64,000 nucleotides of DNA from a bacterium (GTDB lineage: Bacteria; UBP15; UBA6099): NCBI GenBank assembly GCA_029564595.1, contig JAKQPS010000157.1:1-64000 (forward strand), written 5' to 3'. Position numbers and translations under genes: made by a program. Position 1 is the stretch's first letter; the number at the start of each line of letters is the position of its first letter. Below the pieces are notes generated by a model. That model was not told the origin of the DNA, searched no databases, and worked only from the letters and a program-made list of their open reading frames with translations. Below are positions 48,803 to 58,864 of the stretch, piece by piece.

Positions 48803-50518
48803 CTACAGATTGAAATCCATGTCTTTCAACAGTTCTTCCGGAACATCGAAAACCCTGCCGAAGGGCGGCAGCGGCTCGGTTCTGAAAAAGTCGGGCAGCC
48901 TGTCCGCCTCGGCGGATATGCCCGCGTCCCTGTTGAATTTCTTCTCAATGTTCAGAGTAGACACGCCTATGTCTATGACATCGGCTTTTGTAAGGCTCCA
49001 ACCGTAGAGCGAGTTGAGAAGGCCGGCCGTGCGCTCCATGTTGGCGGCGTCCGGGCCGACGAAGAAGCAGTAGCCCATGCTGTCGACAACCGTGATCATA
49101 ATCTGAAGATCGCGGGAAAGCTCGTGCTGGCCTTCGGCTTCGGTGAGTTCGAAGGATTTTGACGGGTCGAGTCCGATGCGGCCGGGGATAGCCGGGCCGC
49201 TGGTGTGGTCGGCTCCCATAGGCGATGTCGCGTAAGAGCAACCCATTCCTTTGAACGTGCGCGGGTCGTATGCGACGGTGGCCTGCCCCTTGACTGCCGG
49301 GACGCGGCGCGCGCCGAGGGCCTTGCCTACCGCCGCCGCTCCGCTTCCTATCAGCTTTCCGTCGGGGCTTCCCGCGCGGACTTCTTCCAGCAGGCGGAGC
49401 GCCGCTTCGGCGTCTCCCCACGGCAGCATGCCGTTCTCCATCGCGATACCGAGAGCCACGCCTGTGTCTATGGTGTCCAGCCCGAGGTCGTCCAGCAGGA
49501 AGTCGAAACGCGCGAGCGCGTCTAGATCTCCGATGTCCAGATTCGGGCCGACCAGAACCATCGTCTCGTATTCTAAGCTGGACGTGACGTATTCGCCGTC
49601 TTTCGAGACGTAAATGTTGGAGCATCTGATAACGCATCCCGGATGGCAGGGGGCGGAAGGGGTTCCGCCGCGCTCGACAATGGTCTCGTAGAGTTTTTCG
49701 CCGCTGACGTCCGCGGCGCGCTCGAAGCTGCCCGAAGAGTAGTTGCGGGTCGGCAATCCGCCCATTTTGTTCGCCGCCGTCACCATCGCAGCGGTTCCGT
49801 ACTTCGTCAGCCCGGCTTTGGCGGAGATGAGCTGTTTGGCGAATTCTTTCGAAATCCTTTTGAACTCTCCGGCGTCCGAATAATCCGGGGAAGCGGCAGG
49901 GAATGGGAGTATCACGACAGCTTTGACGCCTTTGGAGCCGAGGACGGCTCCGAGGCCTCCCCTGCCCGCCGCGCGGGAGGGGCGGCCCGCCATGTCAGAA
50001 CTTTGAATCGACGCCGCCGCCAGCCTCTGTTCGCCTGCCGGGCCGATGCAGAGGACGGCTGCTTTGTCGCCGTGCAATGCGCGCAATTTCTCCGCTGTTT
50101 CGTATGTGCCGAGACCTCTGAGATAGGAGGCGTCTTCCAACCTCGCGCCGCCGGGGGCGATTACGATTGTTTTTAGCGCGAAAGAGTCCGACGGCGCGCC
50201 CTCGATGACGATAGCCCTTATTCCCGCGCGCGCCAGATTTGCTCCGGCGACGCCCCCAACGTTGCTTTCCTTAATGCCTCCCGTGAGCGGGCTTTTAGCG
50301 CCTATCGAAATTCTTCCGGAACACGGAGCCGTCGTCCCCGTAAGAAGTCCGGTGGCAATAATAAGTTTGTTTTCAGGGCCTAGCGGGTCGCATATCGCCG
50401 GTATCTCGTCGGCGATTATGCGGGAAGTTAGCGCCCGGCCTCCGTACTTCAGATATTTTTCCGGCGTCGGCGAGACCGATACAGCGCCGTCGGCGATATT
50501 TACTCGCAGAAAATCCAT
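48803..50518 (-). CDS. Aldehyde:ferredoxin oxidoreductase (tungstopterin AOR family)
   Basis: N-terminal MDFLRVNIADG...YGGRALTSRII and overall AOR-family length and pattern. The ATG at 50518 is preferred over the ORF-track TTG/ATG at 50581. Confidence 0.75.
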   Translation of the reverse strand: MDFLRVNIADGAVSVSPTPEKYLKYGGRALTSRIIADEIPAICDPLGPENKLIIATGLLTGTTAPCSGRISIGAKSPLTGGIKESNVGGVAGANLARAGIRAIVIEGAPSDSFALKTIVIAPGGARLEDASYLRGLGTYETAEKLRALHGDKAAVLCIGPAGEQRLAAASIQSSDMAGRPSRAAGRGGLGAVLGSKGVKAVVILPFPAASPDYSDAGEFKRISKEFAKQLISAKAGLTKYGTAAMVTAANKMGGLPTRNYSSGSFERAADVSGEKLYETIVERGGTPSAPCHPGCVIRCSNIYVSKDGEYVTSSLEYETMVLVGPNLDIGDLDALARFDFLLDDLGLDTIDTGVALGIAMENGMLPWGDAEAALRLLEEVRAGSPDGKLIGSGAAAVGKALGARRVPAVKGQATVAYDPRTFKGMGCSYATSPMGADHTSGPAIPGRIGLDPSKSFELTEAEGQHELSRDLQIMITVVDSMGYCFFVGPDAANMERTAGLLNSLYGWSLTKADVIDIGVSTLNIEKKFNRDAGISAEADRLPDFFRTEPLPPFGRVFDVPEELLKDMDFNL

Positions 50519-50561
50519 GTCTGACAACCGCCTTTCATAGCGGAAATATGCGCGCCTTATT

Positions 50562-51791
50562 TCACTCGAATACTTTCTCATCCGTCAGGTGAGAGTTGAC
50601 AGCGTCTTCTTCTACGTCGCGCCCTGCGGGGCCGGATTTCTCAAGCTCTTTATAATATTCGTGCTGAATGAGCGCGTTCATTATCTGGTTCGTGCCCGTC
50701 CATATCATGGCGAGCCGCGAATCGCGAAGCAGCCTCTCGATGGGATAGACGTTCGTGTAGCCTATGCCGCCCATAATCTGCATGGAGTTGTTGATGGCCA
50801 GCCAAGAGTTCTCCGTGCCGACCTTTTTCGCCTCTGAGACGAGCCTGCGGGCGTCCTGTCCGGAATCGACTTTTCGGGCAGCGGCGTACACCAATCCGCG
50901 CGCCGCGTCGAGAGCGGACAGTGAATCGGCCAGCATGAAATTGACCGCCTGAAACTTCATGATTGCGCGCCCGAAGGCTTTGCGCTGAGTGGAGTACCGC
51001 GCCGCCACTTCGACGCACGCGCGCCCAGTGCCGACCGCTCCGGCGGCGCTCGTCAGCCGCTCCGGTATCATCATCTTGTTGAATATCATTCCGCCGCCGT
51101 TGAGCGGGCCGACCAAGTTCTCGGCGGGCACTTTCACGTCCTTGAAAATTATCCTGCCCGTACCGCTTCCCCTGCTGCCCATCAATCCGTACACTTCCTG
51201 CACCTCGACCCCGAAGTCCCGCTCGACTATGAAGACGCTTATCGATTCGTGCGCCGGAGCGTCGAACGCCGTCCTAACGTAAACGAGGAAATAGTCCGCT
51301 CCTTTTGCGCCGACTATGAATCTTTTCTGACCGTTGAGAATGTAATAGTCGCCTTTCTTTTCCGCTTTAGTGGTCGCGCCGAAGAAGTCTGAGCCTCCGC
51401 GCGGCTCGGTGAGAGCCTCGGCGCATATCATCTTGCCGGCGAGCGTCGGCTTGAGATATTTCTCTTTCTGGGCGTCCGTGCCGAACAGCGCGATGGCGTC
51501 CCCGATGATGCTCGGAAGCGAATAGAGGCAGGCCAGAGAAGTGCCCAGAGTCCCGAACTCTTCGAGAACGGCCACTTCCGCGCTCCAGCCCAGACCCCTG
51601 CCTCCCCATTCCTTCGGGAACCGCAGGCCGAGCAGGTTTGCTGCGCCAAGTTTCTGGACATATTCGTAAGGATACTCTATCTCGTCGCGGTCCATCGATT
51701 TGAGAAGCTCGTTGGGGACCTCTTTCTTTATAAAATCCACAGCTTCCTGCCGCAGTTTTTTCTCCTCGTCGTTAAGCATGAAATCGAACAT
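50562..51791 (-). CDS. Acyl-CoA dehydrogenase
   Basis: 409 aa with a typical ACAD N-terminal helical, middle beta, and C-terminal helical pattern ([30 protein letters not shown]). Confidence 0.8.
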   Translation of the reverse strand: MFDFMLNDEEKKLRQEAVDFIKKEVPNELLKSMDRDEIEYPYEYVQKLGAANLLGLRFPKEWGGRGLGWSAEVAVLEEFGTLGTSLACLYSLPSIIGDAIALFGTDAQKEKYLKPTLAGKMICAEALTEPRGGSDFFGATTKAEKKGDYYILNGQKRFIVGAKGADYFLVYVRTAFDAPAHESISVFIVERDFGVEVQEVYGLMGSRGSGTGRIIFKDVKVPAENLVGPLNGGGMIFNKMMIPERLTSAAGAVGTGRACVEVAARYSTQRKAFGRAIMKFQAVNFMLADSLSALDAARGLVYAAARKVDSGQDARRLVSEAKKVGTENSWLAINNSMQIMGGIGYTNVYPIERLLRDSRLAMIWTGTNQIMNALIQHEYYKELEKSGPAGRDVEEDAVNSHLTDEKVFE

Positions 51792-52002
51792 GGCTCTCCG
51801 CCTCCCTTTATTTGTCGAGCTTATTATATAACGACAGCCTTTAATAAACGAGAAGGAAGTTGTTGAACCCGGATTCTCCGATAGAGCCGGTGAACCGGGC
51901 CGATTGTTTATAGCGGCGAACTTCTTTGTTGCTGTCGTTGCCGTAGCATTTCGAGCCTAATTTATCACATATCGCGGCGGGAATCGGAGTTCCTGCTACA
52001 CA

Positions 52003-52076
52003 AAAAATGCGCCTTGTGTCTAGCATTTTATCAGTTATGAACAATCGCTCCTGAGTCCTAAAGATGGATTCGGACT
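52003..52076. repeat. Copy D of the repeat family (AAAAATGCGCCTTG...TGAACAATCGCTCC + hairpin CCTGAGTCC-TAAAGAT-GGATTCGGA), at the left edge of the 52-56 kb AT-rich island
   Basis: Aligned to copies A and B. The substitutions in the stem are mostly compensatory or G·U-compatible. Confidence 0.55.
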
Positions 52077-52289
52077 GAAACAAAAAGCAAAAAAAGCGCC
52101 ATTTTTTCGTTTTTGGGCGTTTTTTAAAAAATCCCAAAAATAAGTTTTGGCTTTATTGCTCGAATATTTTTTCAAAAAGGCCCTTAGGTAGTTTAAAACT
52201 TTTTTACTCTTTTCTATAATAGTAATATTTCGGCATATAAAAAACAGTTTTTTTTGTCAAGATGTGAATAAAACAATGGAGGCATTATC

Positions 52290-52958
52290 ATGGCAAAACT
52301 GGGAAAAAATGACTTGGAAAAAATTATGAAATCATTATCAAAGAGAAGGCCCGTATTCCATAGAGAAGCAGATTTTCAACACGAACTTGCATTTGAATTG
52401 CGTGAACATTTTAAAGATGCAAGTATCCGTTTGGAATATCCCCAAAAGCCAATTAAAGAGAAGCCAATTGAAGAGAAAGGTGAAAAGAGGAAATATATAG
52501 ACATAGTTGTTTTGTTTAAGGATGAAAAAATTGGCATAGAAGTAAAGTATTTATTAAAAGGAATGAACAAAAACAAATTAGCTCAACCGATCTATGATGA
52601 TCATGACTGCACTAAAAAACCTGAACCTTTCTACGTTTCAGGACAAGGAGGGCAGAATAAGAGAGGCTATGCATTTGTTGAAGACATCCACAAATTAGAA
52701 AATGCAGTATGCTCTTATGGTTATTTGATAATACTTACAAATGACGCAATATATAGTAAAAAAGCTAGAAATAAAAATGCTAAATGCGCAAAATACAGAT
52801 TCCATGAAGAAGCTGTGCTTGAAGGTACATTTAACTATGGGAGTCAAGCAATTACATTAGTAAGAGAATATAAAGACTTCAAATGGGAAGAATACAATGC
52901 AAAAGACAGCAAATTTGAAGATTTCAAATACCTTATTGTCCCAATAGGCAAAAAATAG
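52290..52958 (+). CDS. Hypothetical protein with PD-(D/E)xK nuclease-like motif
   Basis: 222 aa, AT-rich. The E...D...ExK arrangement is READFQHELAFEL ... KYIDIVVLF ... IGIEVKYL. A -10-like TATAAT and a GGAGG RBS lie upstream. Confidence 0.45.
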   Translation: MAKLGKNDLEKIMKSLSKRRPVFHREADFQHELAFELREHFKDASIRLEYPQKPIKEKPIEEKGEKRKYIDIVVLFKDEKIGIEVKYLLKGMNKNKLAQPIYDDHDCTKKPEPFYVSGQGGQNKRGYAFVEDIHKLENAVCSYGYLIILTNDAIYSKKARNKNAKCAKYRFHEEAVLEGTFNYGSQAITLVREYKDFKWEEYNAKDSKFEDFKYLIVPIGKK

Positions 52959-53054
52959 CATTAAAAGCATCGCGATAATTCGATTCTAAAACCCATCGGC
53001 AATCTTGTCACACCCTGTGACTATTATTTCTATTGGAGCAAAGGAGCCTTTAAT

Positions 53055-53972
53055 ATGCACAATACGCTTGAAAAGCTAGTGGAGGAACTCAGGTTTTATG
53101 ATGCGAGAAAAAAAGATGTGTCGGCGATTTCGAATGCAATAATGTTTGAAAGGGGAGAATTCATTTTCAAAGGGCGGCAAATCAGCGTTGCCGACACCGC
53201 GCTGAGACAACTGCTTGGCTATTGCGGAATCCCTCCGAAGTTTTTTAAAGAGACGCTTTCCGACTCAGAAAAGACTCTTTTGTTTAACAGGCTCTACAGA
53301 AAAAAAGACGGCAACGCGATGCGGATGTATAGGTTCGATTGCGACGAACTTTACGGCGTGGTCAGCGACAGATACAGAAAGATTGACAACATCGAGTTGA
53401 TTCCTGTTCTGGAAGGAATGGCGGGAAAGGGTATAGCTATGGAGGCTGTCAACATAACGCTCAATCCTGACCATACAAAGATTAGGCTTGTTCCATTGGA
53501 TTATTATCATGGAGAAACTGCGCCGATGATAGAATTCACTAATAGCGAAAACGGTCTTGGCTCAATGAAAGTATGGGCCGGTGTTTATCGTGCAGTGTGC
53601 TCTAACGGCTTAATGGTCGAGATAGAAAGCCACACACGTACGAAATGGCGGCATTTATGCAATACAATTTTTGATTTGCCGGATTTTAACGCTGTTCTTT
53701 CTGTGTCCATTGATTACATGAAACGACTTGATAATTCAAAAGTCGTCTATCTCGGCGCGAAGGATAAAGAAAAGCATTTGCGCAGTGTTTTCTCGGAATT
53801 CGGAAAAGACGCGGCAGACAAAGTGGTTGAAGTAGCGCGAAGCGAATACAGGAACGGCGAGACACTACATGATGTGGTTAACTCGATTACACGCGCGGCG
53901 CAGCATTATCAGTCAAGACAACGCACTGAAATGGAGCGTTTTGCTACGACAATACTTGACTCGAGAAACTGA
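53055..53972 (+). CDS. DUF932-like (phage/plasmid/ICE-associated) protein
   Basis: 305 aa. FTNSENGLGSMKVWAGVYRAVCSNGLMV matches the NSxDGSxA...R.VCxNG core characteristic of DUF932 (TIGR03299-type) proteins. Confidence 0.5.
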   Translation: MHNTLEKLVEELRFYDARKKDVSAISNAIMFERGEFIFKGRQISVADTALRQLLGYCGIPPKFFKETLSDSEKTLLFNRLYRKKDGNAMRMYRFDCDELYGVVSDRYRKIDNIELIPVLEGMAGKGIAMEAVNITLNPDHTKIRLVPLDYYHGETAPMIEFTNSENGLGSMKVWAGVYRAVCSNGLMVEIESHTRTKWRHLCNTIFDLPDFNAVLSVSIDYMKRLDNSKVVYLGAKDKEKHLRSVFSEFGKDAADKVVEVARSEYRNGETLHDVVNSITRAAQHYQSRQRTEMERFATTILDSRN

Positions 53973-53978
53973 TAATAT

Positions 53979-54965
53979 TTGATCATAGTAAAATACATTG
54001 AGGGAGATAATATGATGATAGAGAATTGGCGCATGAGAAAGAAGCAAACAATAGCCGTCAATGGTTTAATTGAAGAAATACTAGCAGCGGTATTAAACAG
54101 TGATGATGTGGGAAGTATTAAAAAGGCAAATGAGACTGAATCAGATGATCGCAATATCAATATAATTGAAACAGGGTTTCCTGAATTAGATAAAGCATCC
54201 GTCGTCCTAAAACCATCCAACCTTGTTCTTATTGCTGCGAAGAACGGAATGAAAGCGACGAGTCTTGCGCTGTCAATAGCAAAACACATTGCGATAGAGC
54301 AAAATAGACGAATAGGGATTATCTGCCTAAAAGAAACCCCTGAAATGATTGCTGTCCGACTATTATGCAATATCGCAGACGTTAATCCGACAAGCGTAAT
54401 GCATGGGTGGCTAAGCACAGAAGAATATTATGATATAGAAAAAGCAATGAACGCCTTAAATAACGCATCGATAAACATATCGACAGTATCTATTAATAGC
54501 AACATATTAATAAATGCAACAAAAAACTTAAAAAAACAACATGATGTTGAGTGCATCGTTTTAGAAGCCTCGCGAATTTCAGCAAGACGTTGTATGCCGA
54601 TAATGAAAGCAATGAAAGAAGTAGCAGAGATAGACGATATACCGATCATGGTGGCCATGCGTCTGCCTGCAAATAAGAAGAGTGGCAAAAGGAAAAGAGC
54701 TTACATAGAAGACACAAGTAAATGGCAAACCATACTCGATATAGCTGATCTCTTTATGTCCGTTTACTGCGAAGATCGTATCCACTTGTTGAAAGCAGAT
54801 GCAAATTACAATATTTTGGCTATACAAGAAGCCGAGATGACGGAACTGAGAGTAAAAGCCAAAATTGCTATAAATAAGAACGGAAGCGATTGCGAAGTAA
54901 CGACTAATTTAGCTTATAATCACAATTTCGAACGTTTTGAAAGATATTACGCGACTAATGACTAG
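53979..54965 (+). CDS. DnaB C-terminal (RecA-fold) domain protein with degenerate Walker motifs
   Basis: TGFPELDKASVVLKPSNLVLIAAKNGMKATSLALSIA aligns with the DnaB [37 protein letters not shown], but the P-loop is altered (GMKAT instead of MGKT) and Walker B is IVLEAS rather than IDYLQ. There is no DnaB N-terminal domain. Confidence 0.5.
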   Translation: MIIVKYIEGDNMMIENWRMRKKQTIAVNGLIEEILAAVLNSDDVGSIKKANETESDDRNINIIETGFPELDKASVVLKPSNLVLIAAKNGMKATSLALSIAKHIAIEQNRRIGIICLKETPEMIAVRLLCNIADVNPTSVMHGWLSTEEYYDIEKAMNALNNASINISTVSINSNILINATKNLKKQHDVECIVLEASRISARRCMPIMKAMKEVAEIDDIPIMVAMRLPANKKSGKRKRAYIEDTSKWQTILDIADLFMSVYCEDRIHLLKADANYNILAIQEAEMTELRVKAKIAINKNGSDCEVTTNLAYNHNFERFERYYATND

Positions 54966-55103
54966 CAATATAAGCGCAATAACGAAGGCAATGTCGAGGC
55001 ATGTAAAGTAAAATGATTACTGTATGACGTGAAATACAATTGTTAGATGCGCAACCGTATTTAATATCTATTGCGAATGTAACTGCAAAGCTAACTATTC
55101 AAT

Positions 55104-55901
55104 TTGGCCATTATTTGGCAGACAGGAGACTGTATGCAAAACACAGATTACATGTATCATGTGGATTATGCTCATGAATGTATTGAGAATGAACTGTACG
55201 AAGAAGCACTTAAACATTTATATCTTGTCTTGGAAATTGAACCGTCGTGTAAATATGCATACTTATCCATCGGCAATATATATGGAATACAGAAGGAGTA
55301 TGATAAGGCATTGGGTATATTTAAACAAGCGCTGGAGATGGATCCGCATGACGCATTAGCTTATGTCGGATTAGGAATACTGCACGAAAGGATGAATAAA
55401 ACCGAAAGAGCAAAAAAATATTATGCTCAAGCTATGCTTGTGGACAGAAGCTGTTCATATGCAATTATGTTATATGGCGACGTATGCGTGATGCTTGATC
55501 AAATCAATGAAGCGATAAATGCTTACAAGAAAGTGATTGAGATCGACAATACTGACATAGATGCGTATGCAACACTAGCTTCTGTATCCCGCAAATACGG
55601 CTACATAGAATTAGCTGAAAAAACAAGCAAAGAGCTATTGGAATTAACCCCTATTGATGCTAGTGACTATATTGATATGGGAAATTGTTGTTTAGATTTG
55701 GAAGATTATAGAAAGGCTATAACATATTTTGATAAAACGCTCGAAATGAAACCACATGAATCATCAGCTTATTACAATCTAACTATTGCGTATCTCGAAA
55801 TAGGAGAAAAGGCCGCTGCATGGGATTGTCACAGGAGATCGCTATTCATTGATAGAGAATTGGCGAAAGAGATAAAAGAATTAATTCGAAAATATCGTTA
55901 G
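55104..55901 (+). CDS. TPR-repeat protein
   Basis: 265 aa. Repeated 34-aa units with the A/Y/L pattern (YAYLSIGNIY...AL..FKQALEMDP; ALAYVGLGIL; AYATLASV; AYYNLTIAYLE). Confidence 0.6.
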   Translation: MAIIWQTGDCMQNTDYMYHVDYAHECIENELYEEALKHLYLVLEIEPSCKYAYLSIGNIYGIQKEYDKALGIFKQALEMDPHDALAYVGLGILHERMNKTERAKKYYAQAMLVDRSCSYAIMLYGDVCVMLDQINEAINAYKKVIEIDNTDIDAYATLASVSRKYGYIELAEKTSKELLELTPIDASDYIDMGNCCLDLEDYRKAITYFDKTLEMKPHESSAYYNLTIAYLEIGEKAAAWDCHRRSLFIDRELAKEIKELIRKYR

Positions 55902-56147
55902 TGGCGCGTGTAAGAATGAAGCAAATATGCGAAGAATATTAAAAGCAAGAAAACATTTGGCATCATATTTCGCGCGACGCTATAAGTTGCCAATTAATTG
56001 CTGGCACGACTGAGAGAGACGAAGAAATATGAGCCAAGTAAATTATCACAATTTGCTTTAGCCGCAGAATTAGCTTGATAGAGTTGTAATTATGATTAGT
56101 GGTAATTATTATTATGCCCTGACTCGGAAGGGAATATTGCGGGACTG

Positions 56148-58175
56148 ATGTCAAGATTGAAGGGACTGAACGAGCAGCAGAGGGAGGCCGCGAGGCATGT
56201 GGACGGGCCGATAGCTGTCGTGGCGGGCGCGGGGACGGGCAAGACGCGCACGATCGCGCACCGCGCCGCCTACCTGATCGAGGAGCGGGGCGTAGACCCC
56301 TCCGGCATTCTGGCTGTGACGTTCACGAACAAAGCGGCGCGCGAGATGCGCGAGCGCATCTCCAAAATGATAGGCTCGGAGACCTGCGCCCTGATGACGG
56401 TGCGCACCATCCATTCTCTGTGCTCGATGATTCTCAGGGAGGATTTTTTAGCGCTCGGACGCTCCGGGGAATTCACTATCTGCGATTCCTCGGACCAGAC
56501 GTCGCTCGTGCGCCGCGCGCTTGTCGAGAACGGGTTCGACCCCAAGAAGAACGACCCGGTCAGTCTGTTGTGGCGCATAGGGGCGGTGAAAAACGCGTTC
56601 CCGGATGTCGATAGGGAAGAGTTCGAAGACCCGGTTTTCGCGCGCGTGTGGTCCGCATACAACAAGGCCCTCGAAAGCGCCAACTCGGTGGATTTCGACG
56701 ACCTGCTGATATTCGCCCTCAAACTTCTCGGAAAGAAAGAGATAAGGACTAAATACCAGAAGCGGTTTCGCTATATCATGGTGGACGAGTATCAGGACGT
56801 CAACGGCTGCCAGTACGAGATAATAAAACGGCTCGCGGCCGGGCACGGCAACCTGTACGTGGTTGGGGACGACGACCAGAGCATATACGGGTGGCGCGGC
56901 GCGCAGGTGAAGAACATCCTGAACTTCGAACAGGACTTCAAGAAGGCGCGCGTGGTCAAGCTCGAGCGCAACTACCGCTCCACCCCGCAGATTCTGGAAG
57001 CCGCCAACGCGGTGATAAAGAACAACGTCGAACGCAGGGACAAGAAACTCTGGACTTCCGAAAAGAGCGGCGACCTCGTCGGCATAATTGAATCGGCGGA
57101 TGAAACGGAAGAGGCCGCCCGCGTAGTGGATTACATCATAGCCGAAAAATACTCGAAGGGGCTGAAGTACGGCGACTTCGCGATTCTCTACCGCACCAAC
57201 GCGCAGTCCCGCTTGTTCGAGGAAAAACTTATGCGGCACGCGGTCTCTTACATAATGGTCGGAGGAACAAGGTTCTTCGAGAGGCGGGAGATAAAGGACG
57301 TGACGGCGTACCTGCGGATGGTCGCGAACCCGGAGGACGAAACTGCGGCGCTCCGGGCGGCGGCTTTCCCGCCGCGAGGCATCGGAAAGACGTCGCTGGA
57401 AAAGATAAGGGAACGCGCGTTCGAGGAGAAGAAGCCGATTTTGGCGGCTATGAGGGAGGCGGCGGGAGCCGGTTGGCTGAATGCGAAAGCGGCGGAAGGC
57501 CTGCGCGGGTTCGTCGCGCTGTGCGACGCTCTGGACGAAATCCGCCGGCGGCTGCCGAAACAGCCTTTGGAGATGGCGAAGAAACTCGTCGGTTCGGTCA
57601 ACTTCAAGGCGGGGTACGAGCGGGCCGGAGCGGATAAAAACGAGGCCGCCAGAAGGATGGACAACATCGCCGAATTCGTCAACGCCGTCGAGGAATACCA
57701 GAGGAACGAGCCGGGCTCCTCTCTCGAAGGTTTTCTCGAAAACATCGCGTTGATGACGGACGAGCGCGAGACAGAGCTTGAACAGAAAGAGGACTCCGTC
57801 ACGCTGATGACGCTGCATTCCGCAAAAGGGCTGGAATTCAAATATGTCGTGTTGGTGGGAGCCGAGGAGGGTTTCACCCCGCACGAAAGGTCCACTTTCG
57901 AGTGGGAGCTTGAGGAGGAGCGCAGGCTTTTTTATGTGGGGATGACCCGCGCGAGAAAGAAGCTTCTGATATCATACGCCGGGAGCCGCCGCAGGTACGG
58001 CGAGTCGCTTTTGCGCAAACCCAGCCCGTATGTGGCGGAGATACCGCCGGCGCTCCTGACAAGCGAGGACAACGAGGAAATCGAGCGGGCGCGCGAGGCC
58101 GCCGCGGAATCTATTTCCGAAGGCCACAGGGCCAGAATGCGCGCCATGCTTTTTTCCGACGGAGGCGAATCATGA
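56148..58175 (+). CDS. UvrD/PcrA/Rep-family ATP-dependent DNA helicase
   Basis: [29 protein letters not shown] (motifs Q/I), VDEYQDVN (II), and YRST...QILEAAN. Confidence 0.85.
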   Translation: MSRLKGLNEQQREAARHVDGPIAVVAGAGTGKTRTIAHRAAYLIEERGVDPSGILAVTFTNKAAREMRERISKMIGSETCALMTVRTIHSLCSMILREDFLALGRSGEFTICDSSDQTSLVRRALVENGFDPKKNDPVSLLWRIGAVKNAFPDVDREEFEDPVFARVWSAYNKALESANSVDFDDLLIFALKLLGKKEIRTKYQKRFRYIMVDEYQDVNGCQYEIIKRLAAGHGNLYVVGDDDQSIYGWRGAQVKNILNFEQDFKKARVVKLERNYRSTPQILEAANAVIKNNVERRDKKLWTSEKSGDLVGIIESADETEEAARVVDYIIAEKYSKGLKYGDFAILYRTNAQSRLFEEKLMRHAVSYIMVGGTRFFERREIKDVTAYLRMVANPEDETAALRAAAFPPRGIGKTSLEKIRERAFEEKKPILAAMREAAGAGWLNAKAAEGLRGFVALCDALDEIRRRLPKQPLEMAKKLVGSVNFKAGYERAGADKNEAARRMDNIAEFVNAVEEYQRNEPGSSLEGFLENIALMTDERETELEQKEDSVTLMTLHSAKGLEFKYVVLVGAEEGFTPHERSTFEWELEEERRLFYVGMTRARKKLLISYAGSRRRYGESLLRKPSPYVAEIPPALLTSEDNEEIERAREAAAESISEGHRARMRAMLFSDGGES

Positions 58176-58585
58176 AATTTCACACAGCTTACCTTTGGTT
58201 TGAAACAAAAAAGAGGCGGGAGTATATCAACATCACCCGCGAAGTTCAGTCCGAACTCAACAAGAGCGGGATACGGGAAGGGATGGCGCTGGTGTCGGCA
58301 ATGCATATCACGGCGGGTGTTTACGTTAACGACGCCGAGAGCGGGCTTATCGACGACATTGACGAGTGGTTGGACAAAGTGGCTCCGTTCGGACCGGATT
58401 ACCGTCATCACCGGGCGGGCGAGGACAATGGAGACGCGCATCTCAAGAGCCTTCTCATCGGGCATGAAGTGATTATCCCGGTGACGGACTGGAAGCTGGA
58501 GCTTGGCCCGTGGCAGCAGGTGTACTACGCCGAGTTCGACGGGAAACGCAAGAAACGGGTCATAATAAAAATCATGGGAATATGA
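58172..58585 (+). CDS. yjbQ: YjbQ/UPF0047 family (secondary thiamine-phosphate synthase-like) protein
   Basis: 137 aa. [12 protein letters not shown]...[39 protein letters not shown] matches the conserved YjbQ core. Confidence 0.7.
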   Translation: MKFHTAYLWFETKKRREYINITREVQSELNKSGIREGMALVSAMHITAGVYVNDAESGLIDDIDEWLDKVAPFGPDYRHHRAGEDNGDAHLKSLLIGHEVIIPVTDWKLELGPWQQVYYAEFDGKRKKRVIIKIMGI

Positions 58586-58663
58586 GAAAAAGCTGCGGAG
58601 GCATGCCTCTTTCGCCTTGACATCGTGGGCGGGAGACCCTAAAATATTTCGGTTATGACGGAC

Positions 58664-58735
<72 letters not shown>

Positions 58736-58744
58736 TGAAAAAAA

Positions 58745-58816
58745 GGGTGGTTAGTTCAGAGGAAGAACGCTTCCTTGACACGGAAGAGGTCACAGGTTCA
58801 AGTCCTGTACCACCCA
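58745..58816 (+). tRNA. tRNA-Val (anticodon GAC)
   Basis: Manual fold: acceptor GGGTGGT/ACCACCC, D-stem GTTC/GAAC, anticodon stem CTTCC/GGAAG with loop TTGACAC, and T-arm ACAGG-TTCAAGT-CCTGT. Confidence 0.75.
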
Positions 58817-58819
58817 TGA

Positions 58820-58845
58820 CGCCCGTGAGAGCGGGCGGTTTTTTA
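58820..58845 (+). terminator. Intrinsic terminator after the tRNA pair (CGCCCG-TGAGAG-CGGGCG followed by GTTTTTT)
   Basis: GC-rich 6-bp stem followed by a T6 run, immediately 3' of tRNA-Val. Confidence 0.55.
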
Positions 58846-58864
58846 TGCCGCTAGGCCGCCCGGG

